In this document: positions 1 through 9,807 of the stretch, piece after piece
Layout of the letters: each line of letters begins with the position of its first letter
Numbering within the stretch: position 1 is the stretch's first letter
Position numbers and translations under genes: made by a program
DNA from: Nitrospirota bacterium
GTDB lineage: Bacteria; Nitrospirota; UBA9217
DNA length: 64,000 bases
Assembly: GCA_963751455.1 (NCBI GenBank)
Contig: CAVVUN010000012.1
Span: 480,001-544,000, forward strand
Direction of reading: 5' to 3'
Notes under the pieces: generated by a model
Seen by the model: the letters and a program-made list of their open reading frames with translations, nothing else
What the model was told of the DNA's origin: nothing
The model's database searches: none

Positions 1-300
1 CTCCTCGCCGAGCGGGGCGCCGGTATAGCGGAGCTGGTATATATCGGGCGCGACAAGAACGGTAGGCGCGCGATGAACGTTCCGTTTTATCGACTGTTCG
101 CTCCCGACTTTATAAAAAGAGACCTTGAGCTTGTCGCTCAGCACGGACAACGCCTTGATGAGCGAAACCGCGGCCTCGCTGAACTGATCGTTTACGCCCG
201 GCTTCACATAGACTTCGATAACAACGTTTTCCTTCAGCTCTTTAAAAAATGTTTCCTGTATGACTTTTTTTACCTCATCGGGCAGTTGTTGTTCGGCCAT
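1..300 (-). CDS. Thioredoxin-fold / AhpF-N-terminal-like oxidoreductase (partial, runs off the window start)
   Basis: Manual translation from ATG at 300: MAEQQLPDEVKKVIQETFLKELKENVVIEVYVKPG...APTVLVAPDIYQLRYTGAPLGEE. RYTGAPLGEE resembles AhpF-N/protein-disulfide oxidoreductase domains. GAGG RBS upstream. Confidence 0.6.
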   Translation of the reverse strand, partial: MAEQQLPDEVKKVIQETFFKELKENVVIEVYVKPGVNDQFSEAAVSLIKALSVLSDKLKVSFYKVGSEQSIKRNVHRAPTVLVAPDIYQLRYTGAPLGEE

Positions 301-426
301 GGTGTCACCTCACTATTGTAACCACGGGCTTCGCTCACGGGGCTTTCGCCACACGGATAAGTTATAAATTTATTGCTCTTTAGGACAGTGATGGCTTTAA
401 CCGTGTTCATCCGTGGTTAATTTCTT

Positions 427-982
427 CTATTTTATTCTTTGCGATATCTTCTTAAACTCCTCGGATCCTGCAACTTTAAGCAGCTGGAAAAGCACGGTCT
501 CGGTGCAGGTTATTGCAGCGCCGGCATCCCGCATGTAATCAAGCCCGGCCCGCCGGTTTTCCTCGGTCCTGGAACAGACCGCATCCTGTACCACGTGCGG
601 CATGAACCCGTCCTGCAGCAACCCGATTGTGGTTTGGAGCACGCAGATATGGGTTTCCATGCCGGCTGACGATCACTTTTTTTCTGTTTATCCTGCTGAT
701 CTCCGCAAGGAATGACGGCTCACCGCAGCAATTAAAGGCAATTTTCTCGACTGGCCGGTAACCCGGCATGACGGCCTGCAGTTCGGGGACTGTCCTCCCG
801 AGCCCCTTCGGGTACTGCTCGGTAACAACCACAGGGATTTTGATCATCTTCGCGAGTTCGATAAGGTGCAGGCAATTCTTTATGACTTGTTCCCTTTCCT
901 TCATGACGACTGCGAGTTTGTCCTGTATGTCGACAATGAGAAGTACCGCATCTTCCCTATCGAGCAAATATTTTTTATCCAA
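427..982 (-). CDS. Isochorismatase-family (YcaC-like) cysteine hydrolase, split by a 1-nt frameshift near 665
   Basis: LLIVDIQDKL, TEQYPKGLG and K(I)AFNC in ORF 539..1165; GMETHICVLQT...DAVCSR in ORF 427..660. TTG start at 982 after AAGGAG. Confidence 0.85.
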
Positions 983-1082
983 TCGATTCTTCTCCTTCGC
1001 GAAAACCAATTTTCTGCTTTTCACTCGGAACTCCGCACGGCTCGACTGAGCTCGCCGAAGTCTCCGAATTCCGAACTTATTA

Positions 1083-1099
1083 GCCGGCACCCTGCCGGT
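1083..1099 (-). promoter_or_regulatory. Candidate bacterial SECIS for the second UGA
   Basis: Minus strand CCGGCA-GGG-TGCCGG hairpin about 11 nt after the UGA. Confidence 0.65.
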
Positions 1100-1100
1100 T

Positions 1101-1316
1101 CTATACCCCTCAGGAACCGCCGTAGCCGACCGACACCTTGCCATCCTCGACGATAACCGGAACATTGCGCTCGCCTTCGGAAAAACGGAGCATCTCTTCG
1201 AGTTTGGCGGCTTCGACTTTCACATCGATATACTCCGCATTTGATCCATAGGCTTCACGAGCCTTTATGGTGTAGGGTCAGCTCTGCTTCCCGTAGATAA
1301 TCACTTTGCTTGCCAT
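1101..1316 (-). CDS. UXX-star family glutaredoxin-like selenoprotein with two in-frame UGA (Sec) codons, 71 aa
   Basis: AAGGAGG RBS, ATG 1316: MASKVIIYGKQS-U-PYTIKAREAYGSNAEYIDVKVEAAKLEEMLRFSEGERNVPVIVEDGKVSVGYGGS-U-GV*. UGA at 1278-1280 and 1110-1112, each followed by a hairpin. Confidence 0.88.
1245..1271 (-). promoter_or_regulatory. Candidate bacterial SECIS for the first UGA
   Basis: Minus strand CCATA-A-AGGCT-CGTGA-AGCCT-ATGG hairpin starting about 8 nt after the UGA, with G in the apical loop. Confidence 0.6.
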
Positions 1317-1523
1317 GGCGCCCTCCTTTTTCGATATATTACTATATTAGCAAACGGAAATGATTTGCGATAGATCGGAAATTATAACTGCGAACAAATT
1401 GAGGCCTATTTTCCTAATAGTACGAATAGGGGATTTAAAAAACCACAAGTGAGCTGGTCTCGGAGCGGGGATATAGCAATGGGAACACTGTAAGGTCCAC
1501 GGGAGCAAAAGCCGTTTCCCGCT

Positions 1524-1838
1524 TCATCCGAACTTCAGTTTTTTCAGCAGCAGCGTGGAGAGAAGGTGGCTCTTTCCCTCTTCCTTTTGGACCAGCAGGT
1601 AAAAATCACAGGACGTACAGCTTATGTGTTTCCTGGCGAATGAGCCCTGCACTTCTCCCCCGCACAGGGTGCCTGCAATCACCCAGCACGCGCGGCCGGC
1701 GTTTTTACCGTCGTGAACGCTGTTAAGCCGGACCTCGCTTGAGACCGGACAGGCGCCGAGCTCTTTCTCGGTGGCCCCTCCCGGCTCCCTGCCGCATTTC
1801 TTGAATTCCCAACAGTTCAGTTTGGTTGTTTCCATGCT
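1524..1838 (-). CDS. Small Cys-rich two-CW-domain protein
   Basis: NCWEFKKCGREPGG...CP...GRACWVIAGTLCGGEVQG...CTSCDFY. Confidence 0.75.
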   Translation of the reverse strand, partial: SMETTKLNCWEFKKCGREPGGATEKELGACPVSSEVRLNSVHDGKNAGRACWVIAGTLCGGEVQGSFARKHISCTSCDFYLLVQKEEGKSHLLSTLLLKKLKFG

Positions 1839-1870
1839 CATTGTCCCCCTCAATGGGCTGATTCTTGAGT

Positions 1871-1899
1871 ATCGTAGCAGAACCTTTTGATTGTGTCAA
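1871..1899 (-). promoter_or_regulatory. sigma70-type promoter for the two-CW gene
   Basis: TTGACA-N17-TACGAT on the minus strand. Confidence 0.55.
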
Positions 1900-1956
1900 T
1901 GACCGGGGGATTAATGTAAAGCCTCAAAAGGCGACGTGAGGATGGAATCCGGATAT

Positions 1957-3021
1957 TCAGAGCCATTTTTTTCGTTTAAAGTACACGATCATGAAACAGA
2001 CAATGCCGGCCATGATGAGCAGAACGGACGGATAGCCGTAGCGCCAGTCGAGCTCCGGCATATGTTTGAAGTTCATGCCGTAGACCCCTACCACAAACGT
2101 GAGCGGCATGAAAATGGTTGTAATGACGGTCAGCACTTTCATAACCTGGTTCAAACGGTTGCTGACGCTCGACAGGTACATATCAAGCATGCCGGAAAGC
2201 ATCTCCCGGTAAATGTCCACGCTGTCGATTACCTGGATCACGTGGTCGTATACATCCCGGAGATAGGGGGCGGTAGCCTCTTTTATGAGAAGGGACTCTT
2301 GTTTGCCGAGAGTGTTCACTACCTCCCGTAACGGCCATACCGCGTTATGCAGAAATATCAATTCCCGCTTGAGCCGATAGATCGCGTGCACGGTCTTTTG
2401 CGTAGGGTTGTCGATCAGCTCGGTTTCGAGCAGCTCGATCTTTTCGCCGATCTTCTCCAAAATCACGAAATAGTTGTCCACGACCGCATCGATGAGCGCA
2501 TAGGCAAGGTAATCAGCTCCCATTTTCCTGATACGGCCCTTTCCGCTCCTCAACCGCTCGCGGATAAGATTGAACACGTCGCCTTCGACGCCTTCCTGGA
2601 ATGAGAGAATATAATTTGGACCGAGAATAATGCTGATCTGTTCGGTAATAATGTCCGCTCCCCTGCCGTTCGAAAGCATTTTCATGACAAGGTAGATGTA
2701 TTCGCCATGATCTTCAATCTTCGGACGCTGGTCAATGTTCATGATGTCTTCCATCACCAGCCGGTGAATGCTGAAGCAATCGCCCAGCTTTTCAAGCAGC
2801 GCAGCGCTATGGACACCGTCCAGGTTGATCCAGGTTATAGTCGGCTTGTTCTTGTAGTCAAGACATTGCTCGACTGATGACGCTTCCGCTTCCAGCAGGT
2901 TCTTTTCATCGAAGTCGATGATATGTATCCCGATTTTTGCATCTTTCCTGTCTCCGGTGTAGATAAGGGTCTCGGACGGGAGTCCTGCTTTTTTCGAGCG
3001 CTTTTTTGTCAGTTTAGGCAT
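1957..3021 (-). CDS. corA: Magnesium/cobalt transporter CorA
   Basis: YGMNF signature, MPEL loop, two C-terminal TM helices, QRPKIED. Confidence 0.95.
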   Translation of the reverse strand: MPKLTKKRSKKAGLPSETLIYTGDRKDAKIGIHIIDFDEKNLLEAEASSVEQCLDYKNKPTITWINLDGVHSAALLEKLGDCFSIHRLVMEDIMNIDQRPKIEDHGEYIYLVMKMLSNGRGADIITEQISIILGPNYILSFQEGVEGDVFNLIRERLRSGKGRIRKMGADYLAYALIDAVVDNYFVILEKIGEKIELLETELIDNPTQKTVHAIYRLKRELIFLHNAVWPLREVVNTLGKQESLLIKEATAPYLRDVYDHVIQVIDSVDIYREMLSGMLDMYLSSVSNRLNQVMKVLTVITTIFMPLTFVVGVYGMNFKHMPELDWRYGYPSVLLIMAGIVCFMIVYFKRKKWL

Positions 3022-3060
3022 GAATTGAGGGAAGGACCTTTCGGGAACGCACGCATAGGA

Positions 3061-3912
3061 TTAATAGAACTCCTTGAGTGTCGTCTGCATTTTATCCGGA
3101 TCGAACCCTTGGTGCACGAGGGGCTTTGCGGAAATAATGGGAATACGATTCTCATAGGTCGGCCGGTGGTTGCGGTAAATGACGCCGATAGGGATGCGGT
3201 CTTCCCACTCCAGCGACTTGGCGAAGGCGGCTGCACGGTCCTCCGGATTGTAGTCCGCTTCAATCCGATAAACACGCTTACGGTACCATTCGTAGGTGTT
3301 CACCTTGTTGAAGGTAACGCAGGGCTGCAGGATGTCTATAAGGGCAAATCCTTCATGCTTCATGGCCTCGACCATGAGCCCCTTGAGATGTTCCGTTTCA
3401 CCGGCAAAGGCCCGTGCAGCAAAGCTGCAATCCAGCGCTACTGCAAACACCAGAGGATTGAACTGTTCCGACGTGACTCCGTACGGCACATTCTTGGCCT
3501 TGGTCCCTTCCGCGGTCGTGGGCGAAGGCTGTCCCTTTGTCAAGGCGTAAATCTGGTTGTCATGAACGAACACCTTGACATTGACGTTCCTCCTGATCGC
3601 TGCCATCAGGTGGTTGCCGCCCTCGCCGTAGCAGTCCCCGTCGCCCGTAGCCACGATTACCGGCATGGAGTTGTTCGCAAGCCTTATGCCTGTCGCGGCC
3701 GGCAGGGCCCTGCCATGAAGGCCATTGAAGGTATTGCAGCGGGTATAGTGCGGAAGTTTTGCCGCCTGGCCGATGCCTGATACGATAGTGAATTGGTGCG
3801 GCTCAAGGCCGAGCGACACTATCGCTTCTTTGAACGTCTTGAGGATCGGGAAATTCCCGCAGCCCGGGCACCAGGCCGGGATTTGACCTCTGTAATCATT
3901 TAGAGTCGGCAT
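3061..3912 (-). CDS. 2-oxoacid:ferredoxin oxidoreductase beta subunit
   Basis: WCPGCG, HGRALP, GDGD TPP motif, ILQPCVTFN. Confidence 0.93.
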   Translation of the reverse strand: MPTLNDYRGQIPAWCPGCGNFPILKTFKEAIVSLGLEPHQFTIVSGIGQAAKLPHYTRCNTFNGLHGRALPAATGIRLANNSMPVIVATGDGDCYGEGGNHLMAAIRRNVNVKVFVHDNQIYALTKGQPSPTTAEGTKAKNVPYGVTSEQFNPLVFAVALDCSFAARAFAGETEHLKGLMVEAMKHEGFALIDILQPCVTFNKVNTYEWYRKRVYRIEADYNPEDRAAAFAKSLEWEDRIPIGVIYRNHRPTYENRIPIISAKPLVHQGFDPDKMQTTLKEFY

Positions 3913-4065
3913 AGAGACCTCAGAGCATATCTAATTGCATACTGCAAAATTGCAGAGTGCAAAATTCGAATCTCTTTGCCACAGAGCGGACCATTAAGCA
4001 TCTATGCGTCGGCCGGGACTTCGCCCGGCAGACATGGCCCTTCGGGCAGTTTGAATTTAACGCTT

Positions 4066-4131
4066 TTGTAGGGCGAGGCTTTAGCCTTGCTGATCACCGG
4101 GAAACCGCAACCCTGAAGGGTTGCCCTACAA
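4066..4131. repeat. GTAG-type REP-like double hairpin
   Basis: TTGTAGGGC...GCCCTACAA ends with internal AGGCTTTAGCCT and GCAACCCTGAAGGGTTGC hairpins. The same unit occurs inside the elements at 9808 and 56589. Confidence 0.8.
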
Positions 4132-4170
4132 ACATCGACAAAAGATTGTCGATGTTATGGGCGTAAGCGC

Positions 4171-5937
4171 CTATGACTTTCTCCGTGTACTCCGTGATCT
4201 CCGTGGCAAAATATTATTTAAGCTTTGTTCGATCTCCCTCACCAGTTCTTCTCGCAAAAACGGTCTTCCATCGAATTTGCGGATATGGCTGCTGAACCGA
4301 TGTCCTGTCTCTGCTTTCAAAAGCCGCTCGAACTGGCCGGTTGCATTGTGCTCGATGCATATCGTCTTTTTCGCTCTTTCGAGAAAACGCACATAATCGA
4401 AACCCTCAGGAGCGGGAAGCGGGAACAGCTCGCTGAAATGGAGCATCGCAACACTGCCGGTTTTCGAAAGTTCGTCAACAGCTTCTTTCAGGACCCCGTA
4501 TGTTGAACCCCATCCTGCCAGTACGACCTCCGGATTGTGATCGCCGTACAAAAAAGGAGCTGCCATCTCTTTCCTGATCTGCGGCTGTTTCCTGAGCAGC
4601 CGCTTCGAGACCATCTTGACCCGGGTCTCCGCATCTTCAACGATGTGCCCCTCTTCATCGTGTTCGTCGCTGTCGGTCACCACAACATGGTTCGCATCCC
4701 CCGGCACAGCAAGAGGCGATATGCCGGTCTCGGTAAACGCATGCCGCTTGTACTCTTTCAGGTTTTTAAACGCATCACCCCGTAACCGATAGTCGGTGTA
4801 TCGGAGCTTGTCGGTAGCGAGACCGTCGAAGGTCCACTGTGAATCGGCGAGATAGGTATCGAACAGCACAAAGACAGGGATCTGGTATTTCTCTGCGAGG
4901 TCAAATGCCTTGTTCGCAAGGTAAAAGGCCTGCCTGGGTGTGCCAGGAGCAAAAATTACACGCGGGAATTCGCCGTGGCCGGCCGAGATCGCGAACTCGA
5001 GCTCGCCTTGCTCGGTGCGTGTGGGAAAACCGGTTGCCGGACCCGGCCGCTGGCCAAGGGCGATCACGATCGGGGTCTCGGTCATGGCCGCAAGCGATAA
5101 CCCTTCCACCATCAGCGCAAACCCGCCTCCCGACGTTCCAGTCATTGAGCGGACGCCGGCGAACGAGGCGCCGAGCGCCATATTGATGGCAGCGATCTCA
5201 TCCTCCGCCTGCTCGACGACAAGGCCGTACTCCTGCTCCTTCGATGCCAGGTAATTCATGATGCCGGTCGAAGGAGTCATGGGGTAGGCCGCATAGAACT
5301 TGCACCCTGATGCCAGGGCGCCGAGAGCAATGGCTTCGACGCCGTTGATCAGCATCCGGCGCTGAGTCGTGATTCCCGCGCTCATTGAGAAGGAGCACCG
5401 TGTGCAGTTCTTCACTGCATAATCGTAGCCTGCCGTGGCCGCGCTCCTGTTCGCCTGCACGATTGCATTCCCTTTTCGCTTGAACATGTCACCGAGGATT
5501 TCGAGCAGGGCCGTCAGATCCAGGCCAAGCATGCCGAGCACCGCCCCGGTCGCGACGGTATTTTCCATGATTCGTTCCCCGCCGCTCTGAACCGCGAGCT
5601 CAGCATAGGGAATATCGAAAAAGGAGGCCCCCTCATGTTTCACTTTCAACGACGACGAGTCGTATACGATCCGGCCGTTCTCTGCCAGTTCGCGCTCGTG
5701 ACGCGGAAAACTTTCTTTGTCCAGCGCGATGAGAATATCAACTTTTTCGCTCGATGACGAGATTGGGCGCTCAGAAACCCGAATCTGGTAGAAATTATGG
5801 CCTCCACGGATCCGCGACTCATAGTCCTGATGACTGAACACATGATACCCGGAACGCGTAAAGACCCGAGCCAGGGTGTCTCCGATCGTCTGTATCCCCT
5901 GGCCGGCCTCGCCGCCGATCTTAATGGTGTAATCCAT
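4171..5937 (-). CDS. 2-oxoacid:acceptor oxidoreductase alpha subunit (gamma-alpha fusion)
   Basis: GGEAGQG, IRGGHN, YPMTP, QAEDEIAA, TSGGGF, QRPGPATG. Confidence 0.93.
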   Translation of the reverse strand: MDYTIKIGGEAGQGIQTIGDTLARVFTRSGYHVFSHQDYESRIRGGHNFYQIRVSERPISSSSEKVDILIALDKESFPRHERELAENGRIVYDSSSLKVKHEGASFFDIPYAELAVQSGGERIMENTVATGAVLGMLGLDLTALLEILGDMFKRKGNAIVQANRSAATAGYDYAVKNCTRCSFSMSAGITTQRRMLINGVEAIALGALASGCKFYAAYPMTPSTGIMNYLASKEQEYGLVVEQAEDEIAAINMALGASFAGVRSMTGTSGGGFALMVEGLSLAAMTETPIVIALGQRPGPATGFPTRTEQGELEFAISAGHGEFPRVIFAPGTPRQAFYLANKAFDLAEKYQIPVFVLFDTYLADSQWTFDGLATDKLRYTDYRLRGDAFKNLKEYKRHAFTETGISPLAVPGDANHVVVTDSDEHDEEGHIVEDAETRVKMVSKRLLRKQPQIRKEMAAPFLYGDHNPEVVLAGWGSTYGVLKEAVDELSKTGSVAMLHFSELFPLPAPEGFDYVRFLERAKKTICIEHNATGQFERLLKAETGHRFSSHIRKFDGRPFLREELVREIEQSLNNILPRRSRSTRRKS

Positions 5938-6046
5938 CGCCGCTCGCCTCTTTATCGGGAACTGAATTCGAAATGATTGCTGAAGATAAACGGTTTAACG
6001 AGGCAATGCCTTCAGGCCCACGAAAAAAATCCCTATAAAAGCATTT

Positions 6047-6136
6047 ATCCGCAGATTTCGCAGATAACGCAGATTTAAAAAATGAAAAAAGTAATTGAGT
6101 TTGGTTTAATCTGTGGTATCTGCGTAATCTGTGGAT
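6047..6136. repeat. Intergenic palindromic repeat (CGCAGAT family)
   Basis: ATCCGCAGATTTCGCAGATAACGCAGATT ... AATCTGTGGTATCTGCGTAATCTGTGGAT inverted arms. Confidence 0.7.
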
Positions 6137-6378
6137 CATTTCTTGACTTTAAGCTGTTGCTTTGACTTCTCAAAAGCTTGACTCAAAATTCAAGATGTTG
6201 GTCTGTAAAGTGCTTGGACAGCATGAATCCGTTCTGGCAGAGTTGATCCGCAGATCGCCGGCAAGACATCGCTTCGGTTTAATGGCATTGACCACTCGTA
6301 ACGGTTCGTTTTTTCAGATGATCCGGCTTTTGGTTGTATTATAACAAAAAAAATCCGGACCGGTGCTATAATATCGTC

Positions 6379-7509
6379 ATGAGTTATCACCTTTCGCGTC
6401 GGTCCGTTCTCAAATGGCTCGAAATTCCGTGTTTATACCACATCGCAAAGGACGAAATCTACGAACTCGACAAGCAATCGTTCCGGTTTCTGAAGGACTG
6501 CATTACGAAGGAAGGCTGCACTGCAAACGACAGCGCTTTCATCGATTACTGCCTTGAACAAGGCGTTCTTACACCGGAAACATCTTCTGCAAAGCACCCG
6601 CGTCTTGTCCCGGCCCCTTCACCTTCGCTCAGGTACCTTGAGCTCCAAATTACGGACGCCTGCAATATGAACTGCCTGCATTGCTCTGCCGCACAGCGGT
6701 CCGGAAGCGAGCTTTCTCCTGAACAGGCACGAAATGCGCTTGGGTCATTTGAGGAAATGCAGGGTCTTTCGGTGATCATCACCGGCGGAGAACCGCTCCT
6801 TCACTCCCGGTTTGAGGAGATCAATGAGATGCTTCCCGACTTTTTGATCCGGAAGGTGCTCTTCACGAACGGACTGCTGATAGGCAAAGAAACGCTCAAG
6901 TCGCTGAAAGTGGATGAGCTGCGGATAAGCATAGACGGATTAGAACAAGCCCACGACGCCATCCGCGGACATGGGTCATTTACCCGGGCACTGCTGACGG
7001 CGCGGCTGGCGCTCGATGCCGGGTACGATGTCTCGATATCGACAATGGTCAATAAGCGCAATCTTTCCGACTTCGACGCGATGGAGAACCTTTTTAAGAA
7101 AATGGGAATCAAGGACTGGATTGTGGATGCCCCGTGTCAGCCGGAGCGATACAAAGATGAGCCTGATTTTTTTGTCGGTCCCGAAGAGGGCGGTAAATTC
7201 CTGGGATACGGCTTCGGCATCGATATCCATTCTGCCGGCACAGGATTCGGCTGCGGCAGACACCTGATGGCTGTCACGGCCGCTGGCAGGCTGGCAAAAT
7301 GCATATTTTATGCGGGCAACCCTGTCGGCTCTCTCGATGAGGGGCTGCCGGCCGCCTGGCGCGCCTTGAACCCTGTTCGCTCTAAGCGAATATCGTGCGA
7401 CTGCGAGTATATCGAAGCATGCCGCGGAGGGTGCCGCTATCGGGCCGAACATATCGCGGGCAAAGGAGGAAAAGACCTGTATCGATGTTACCTGTACCGG
7501 GTCCTCTGA
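6379..7509 (+). CDS. Radical SAM / SPASM-domain protein
   Basis: CNMNCLHC (CxxxCxxC), TGGEPLL, ISIDG, C-terminal CEYIEACRGGCRYRA. Start taken at the MSYHLS ATG. Confidence 0.88.
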   Translation: MSYHLSRRSVLKWLEIPCLYHIAKDEIYELDKQSFRFLKDCITKEGCTANDSAFIDYCLEQGVLTPETSSAKHPRLVPAPSPSLRYLELQITDACNMNCLHCSAAQRSGSELSPEQARNALGSFEEMQGLSVIITGGEPLLHSRFEEINEMLPDFLIRKVLFTNGLLIGKETLKSLKVDELRISIDGLEQAHDAIRGHGSFTRALLTARLALDAGYDVSISTMVNKRNLSDFDAMENLFKKMGIKDWIVDAPCQPERYKDEPDFFVGPEEGGKFLGYGFGIDIHSAGTGFGCGRHLMAVTAAGRLAKCIFYAGNPVGSLDEGLPAAWRALNPVRSKRISCDCEYIEACRGGCRYRAEHIAGKGGKDLYRCYLYRVL

Positions 7510-7532
7510 AATCGGCTCCTTTCAGGATCAGA

Positions 7533-8033
7533 TCAGGCCCACGGTGTTCCGCCGTCGACAATGCTATGCTCCTCCCACATGAACCAGTTCCCTGTGTCCT
7601 GCAGAAATTGGTAGGTATTGGCAAAAATTGTATAATGGTGTTCTTCTTCCTGGATGAGCCTTTCCAGCAATTCCCTTTCCTTCTCTTTTTTCGCTTCGGA
7701 CAGTGTCTTCCTGTAGAATTCGAGACCCTCCTTTTCCATGGCCATCGCCATCTTGAAGGCCTCCAAGTCGTCCGCGGCCACCTCGGCCTTGTGCATCATC
7801 TCGTCCCTCGTCTGCTCAAAAATGGTCTTTACGTCTTTCAGGGGGCTCACGTCCATTGACGTGACGTGCAGTCCCTTGATGATCTGCGTAACCATGTCGA
7901 GATGCCGCTTCTCGTCATCGGAAACGATTTCGAACATTTTTTTGCCGGCCGGGTGCTTTGTTTTTTCGGCAGCTTCCGTATAGAAGCGGATCGCGTCTAT
8001 CTCCATTTTGACCGCAAGTTCAAGCGCGTTCAT
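7533..8033 (-). CDS. Ferritin-like / rubrerythrin-family protein
   Basis: Two E...ExxH motifs (DEKRH, EEEHH). AAGGAGG RBS before ATG 8033. Confidence 0.88.
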   Translation of the reverse strand: MNALELAVKMEIDAIRFYTEAAEKTKHPAGKKMFEIVSDDEKRHLDMVTQIIKGLHVTSMDVSPLKDVKTIFEQTRDEMMHKAEVAADDLEAFKMAMAMEKEGLEFYRKTLSEAKKEKERELLERLIQEEEHHYTIFANTYQFLQDTGNWFMWEEHSIVDGGTPWA

Positions 8034-8149
8034 ATCGCCTCCTTGATTGCATGTTTTTGCACTTGTCGTTAAGTTAAGTATAGCAGATATGCTCAAATCA
8101 ATAACGCATCAACAAAAAGGGAGTGGAGCGGGAAAGAACTAAAAGAGGA

Positions 8150-8767
8150 TTACCATCTCAGACTTACGAGCGCGAATACTCCGGTGCCGGCGATGATAAG
8201 GCCGGCGATTTTATTGAGCCATTGCAATTCATGAACCATGATATGCTTCTTGAATATGCTCACCACCATGATAACCACGAGCCACCACAGGCCTGACCCG
8301 AGAAAAACACCGACAATAAGCAACCCGGCTGAATGCATACTGCTTGCAGTTGCAAGACCGAACCCGGTGAAGACTGCCGCAAACGAAAAAATGGTCATTG
8401 GGTTCGTAAGCGTCATAAAAAATGTGGAGGTATACATCCCCGCAAACCGCTTTGCTGTTTTAGGCACGCCGAGCTCCTCTTTCAATTCTGTCATCAATGT
8501 CCTCACCCCGACGATACACAGGAGTGTTCCGCCTGCCAGTCTCAGCCAGAACAAGTAACCGATCATAAAATCGGAGATGATCGTGATGCCGAAGGCGGCG
8601 ATAAAACCGTAAAAAGAATCGGCCGTCGCCGCGCCCATGCCCGAAAAAAAGCCGGCCCTTCGGCCGATCGTAAGCGTTCGCTTTGCACACAGAACGCCGA
8701 TCGGTCCGACAGGGGCGGCTATTATAAAACCCACTACCAGACCTTTTAAAAAAAATGTCAATTCCAT
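8150..8767 (-). CDS. LysE-family translocator
   Basis: APVGPIG, GAATAD, TLTNPMT; multi-TM protein. Confidence 0.9.
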   Translation of the reverse strand: MELTFFLKGLVVGFIIAAPVGPIGVLCAKRTLTIGRRAGFFSGMGAATADSFYGFIAAFGITIISDFMIGYLFWLRLAGGTLLCIVGVRTLMTELKEELGVPKTAKRFAGMYTSTFFMTLTNPMTIFSFAAVFTGFGLATASSMHSAGLLIVGVFLGSGLWWLVVIMVVSIFKKHIMVHELQWLNKIAGLIIAGTGVFALVSLRW

Positions 8768-8811
8768 GAGGCTCTGTTTTTAAATTCCTGCAACGAACGG
8801 TTGGAGTACCG

Positions 8812-9596
8812 CTATATCGTAGTTTTCGTTTTTGTCCTCACGTAAAACAGCGTCAGCCCCGCGACTGCCATCCCGCCGCTCAGGATCTGTCCCATGGTAA
8901 AAAAGCCGGCGATGAAACCAAGCTGCTGGTCGGGCTCCCGGAAAAATTCCACGAAAAAGCGAAAAATTCCGTAAAAAATAATGAAAAGCGCAACCGGAAT
9001 GCCGGTTACTTTCACCTTGTCCTTGATGTACCACAGAATAATGAAGAGAATGACGCCTTCAAGAAAAAATTCGTATAATTGGGACGGATGCCGCGGAAAC
9101 GGGCCGCCTGCGGGAAAAACCATGGCCCAGGTGACGTTTGTGATCCGGCCGTACAGTTCGCCATTGATGAAGTTGCCGATTCTTCCCATGCCGATGCCGA
9201 TCGGGGCAGTCGCTGCAACGAGGTCTGCGACCAGCCAGGGATCCTTGCGATACCGCCTGCAGCACATTATACCGGCGGCAACGCTTCCGATAAAGCCGCC
9301 GTGAAACGACATGCCCCCTTGCCACACCGAGAAGATTTCCAGCGGATGATGGAGATAGTAGGGACTATTATAAAAAACGACGTATCCGAGGCGGGCTCCT
9401 ATGATGAGCCCGATAATAATGTAAGTGTAGAGCGAATCCAGAAAATCTTTCGTAAGCTCAAGGCCTTTTTTTTCACCTGGTATCGTACCAAAAGATACGA
9501 GGAGGCAAAACCGACAAGATACATCAAACCGTACCAGCGAACTGCAAAAGGGCCGATTCGAAATATCTCAGGACTAATATGAGGATACGGTATCAT
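8812..9596 (-). CDS. lgt: Prolipoprotein diacylglyceryl transferase, frameshifted in a poly-A tract near 9470
   Basis: [41 protein letters not shown] and RHPSQLYE spread over two frames. Confidence 0.92.
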
Positions 9597-9807
9597 GGTT
9601 GCTCCTGACGCACAGACGCATATTTTCAGTATATCGTGATTTTTAAAAAGAAGGGGGTGAATAAAATTCGGTTTTGGGTGTAAATTAATCAACCTTTGTT
9701 AACCGAGGAGGGACTGAACGGGTCTCCAGTGAATTCGCGGCCCACGTCCTGACAACCGAGACTAGATCCGGACCGGCGCATTTGATGATTTTACCGGAGA
9801 TAATCCT

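Noticed and set aside
9465-9473. Programmed frameshift or phase variation at the lgt poly-A tract
   Set aside because: lgt is normally essential and similar indels occur throughout the window, so homopolymer sequencing error is more parsimonious.
9690-9800. GC-rich intergenic stretch between the MITE and lgt as a possible ncRNA or riboswitch
   Set aside because: I could not match it to any RNA family consensus or find a convincing ORF; it needs an Rfam scan.
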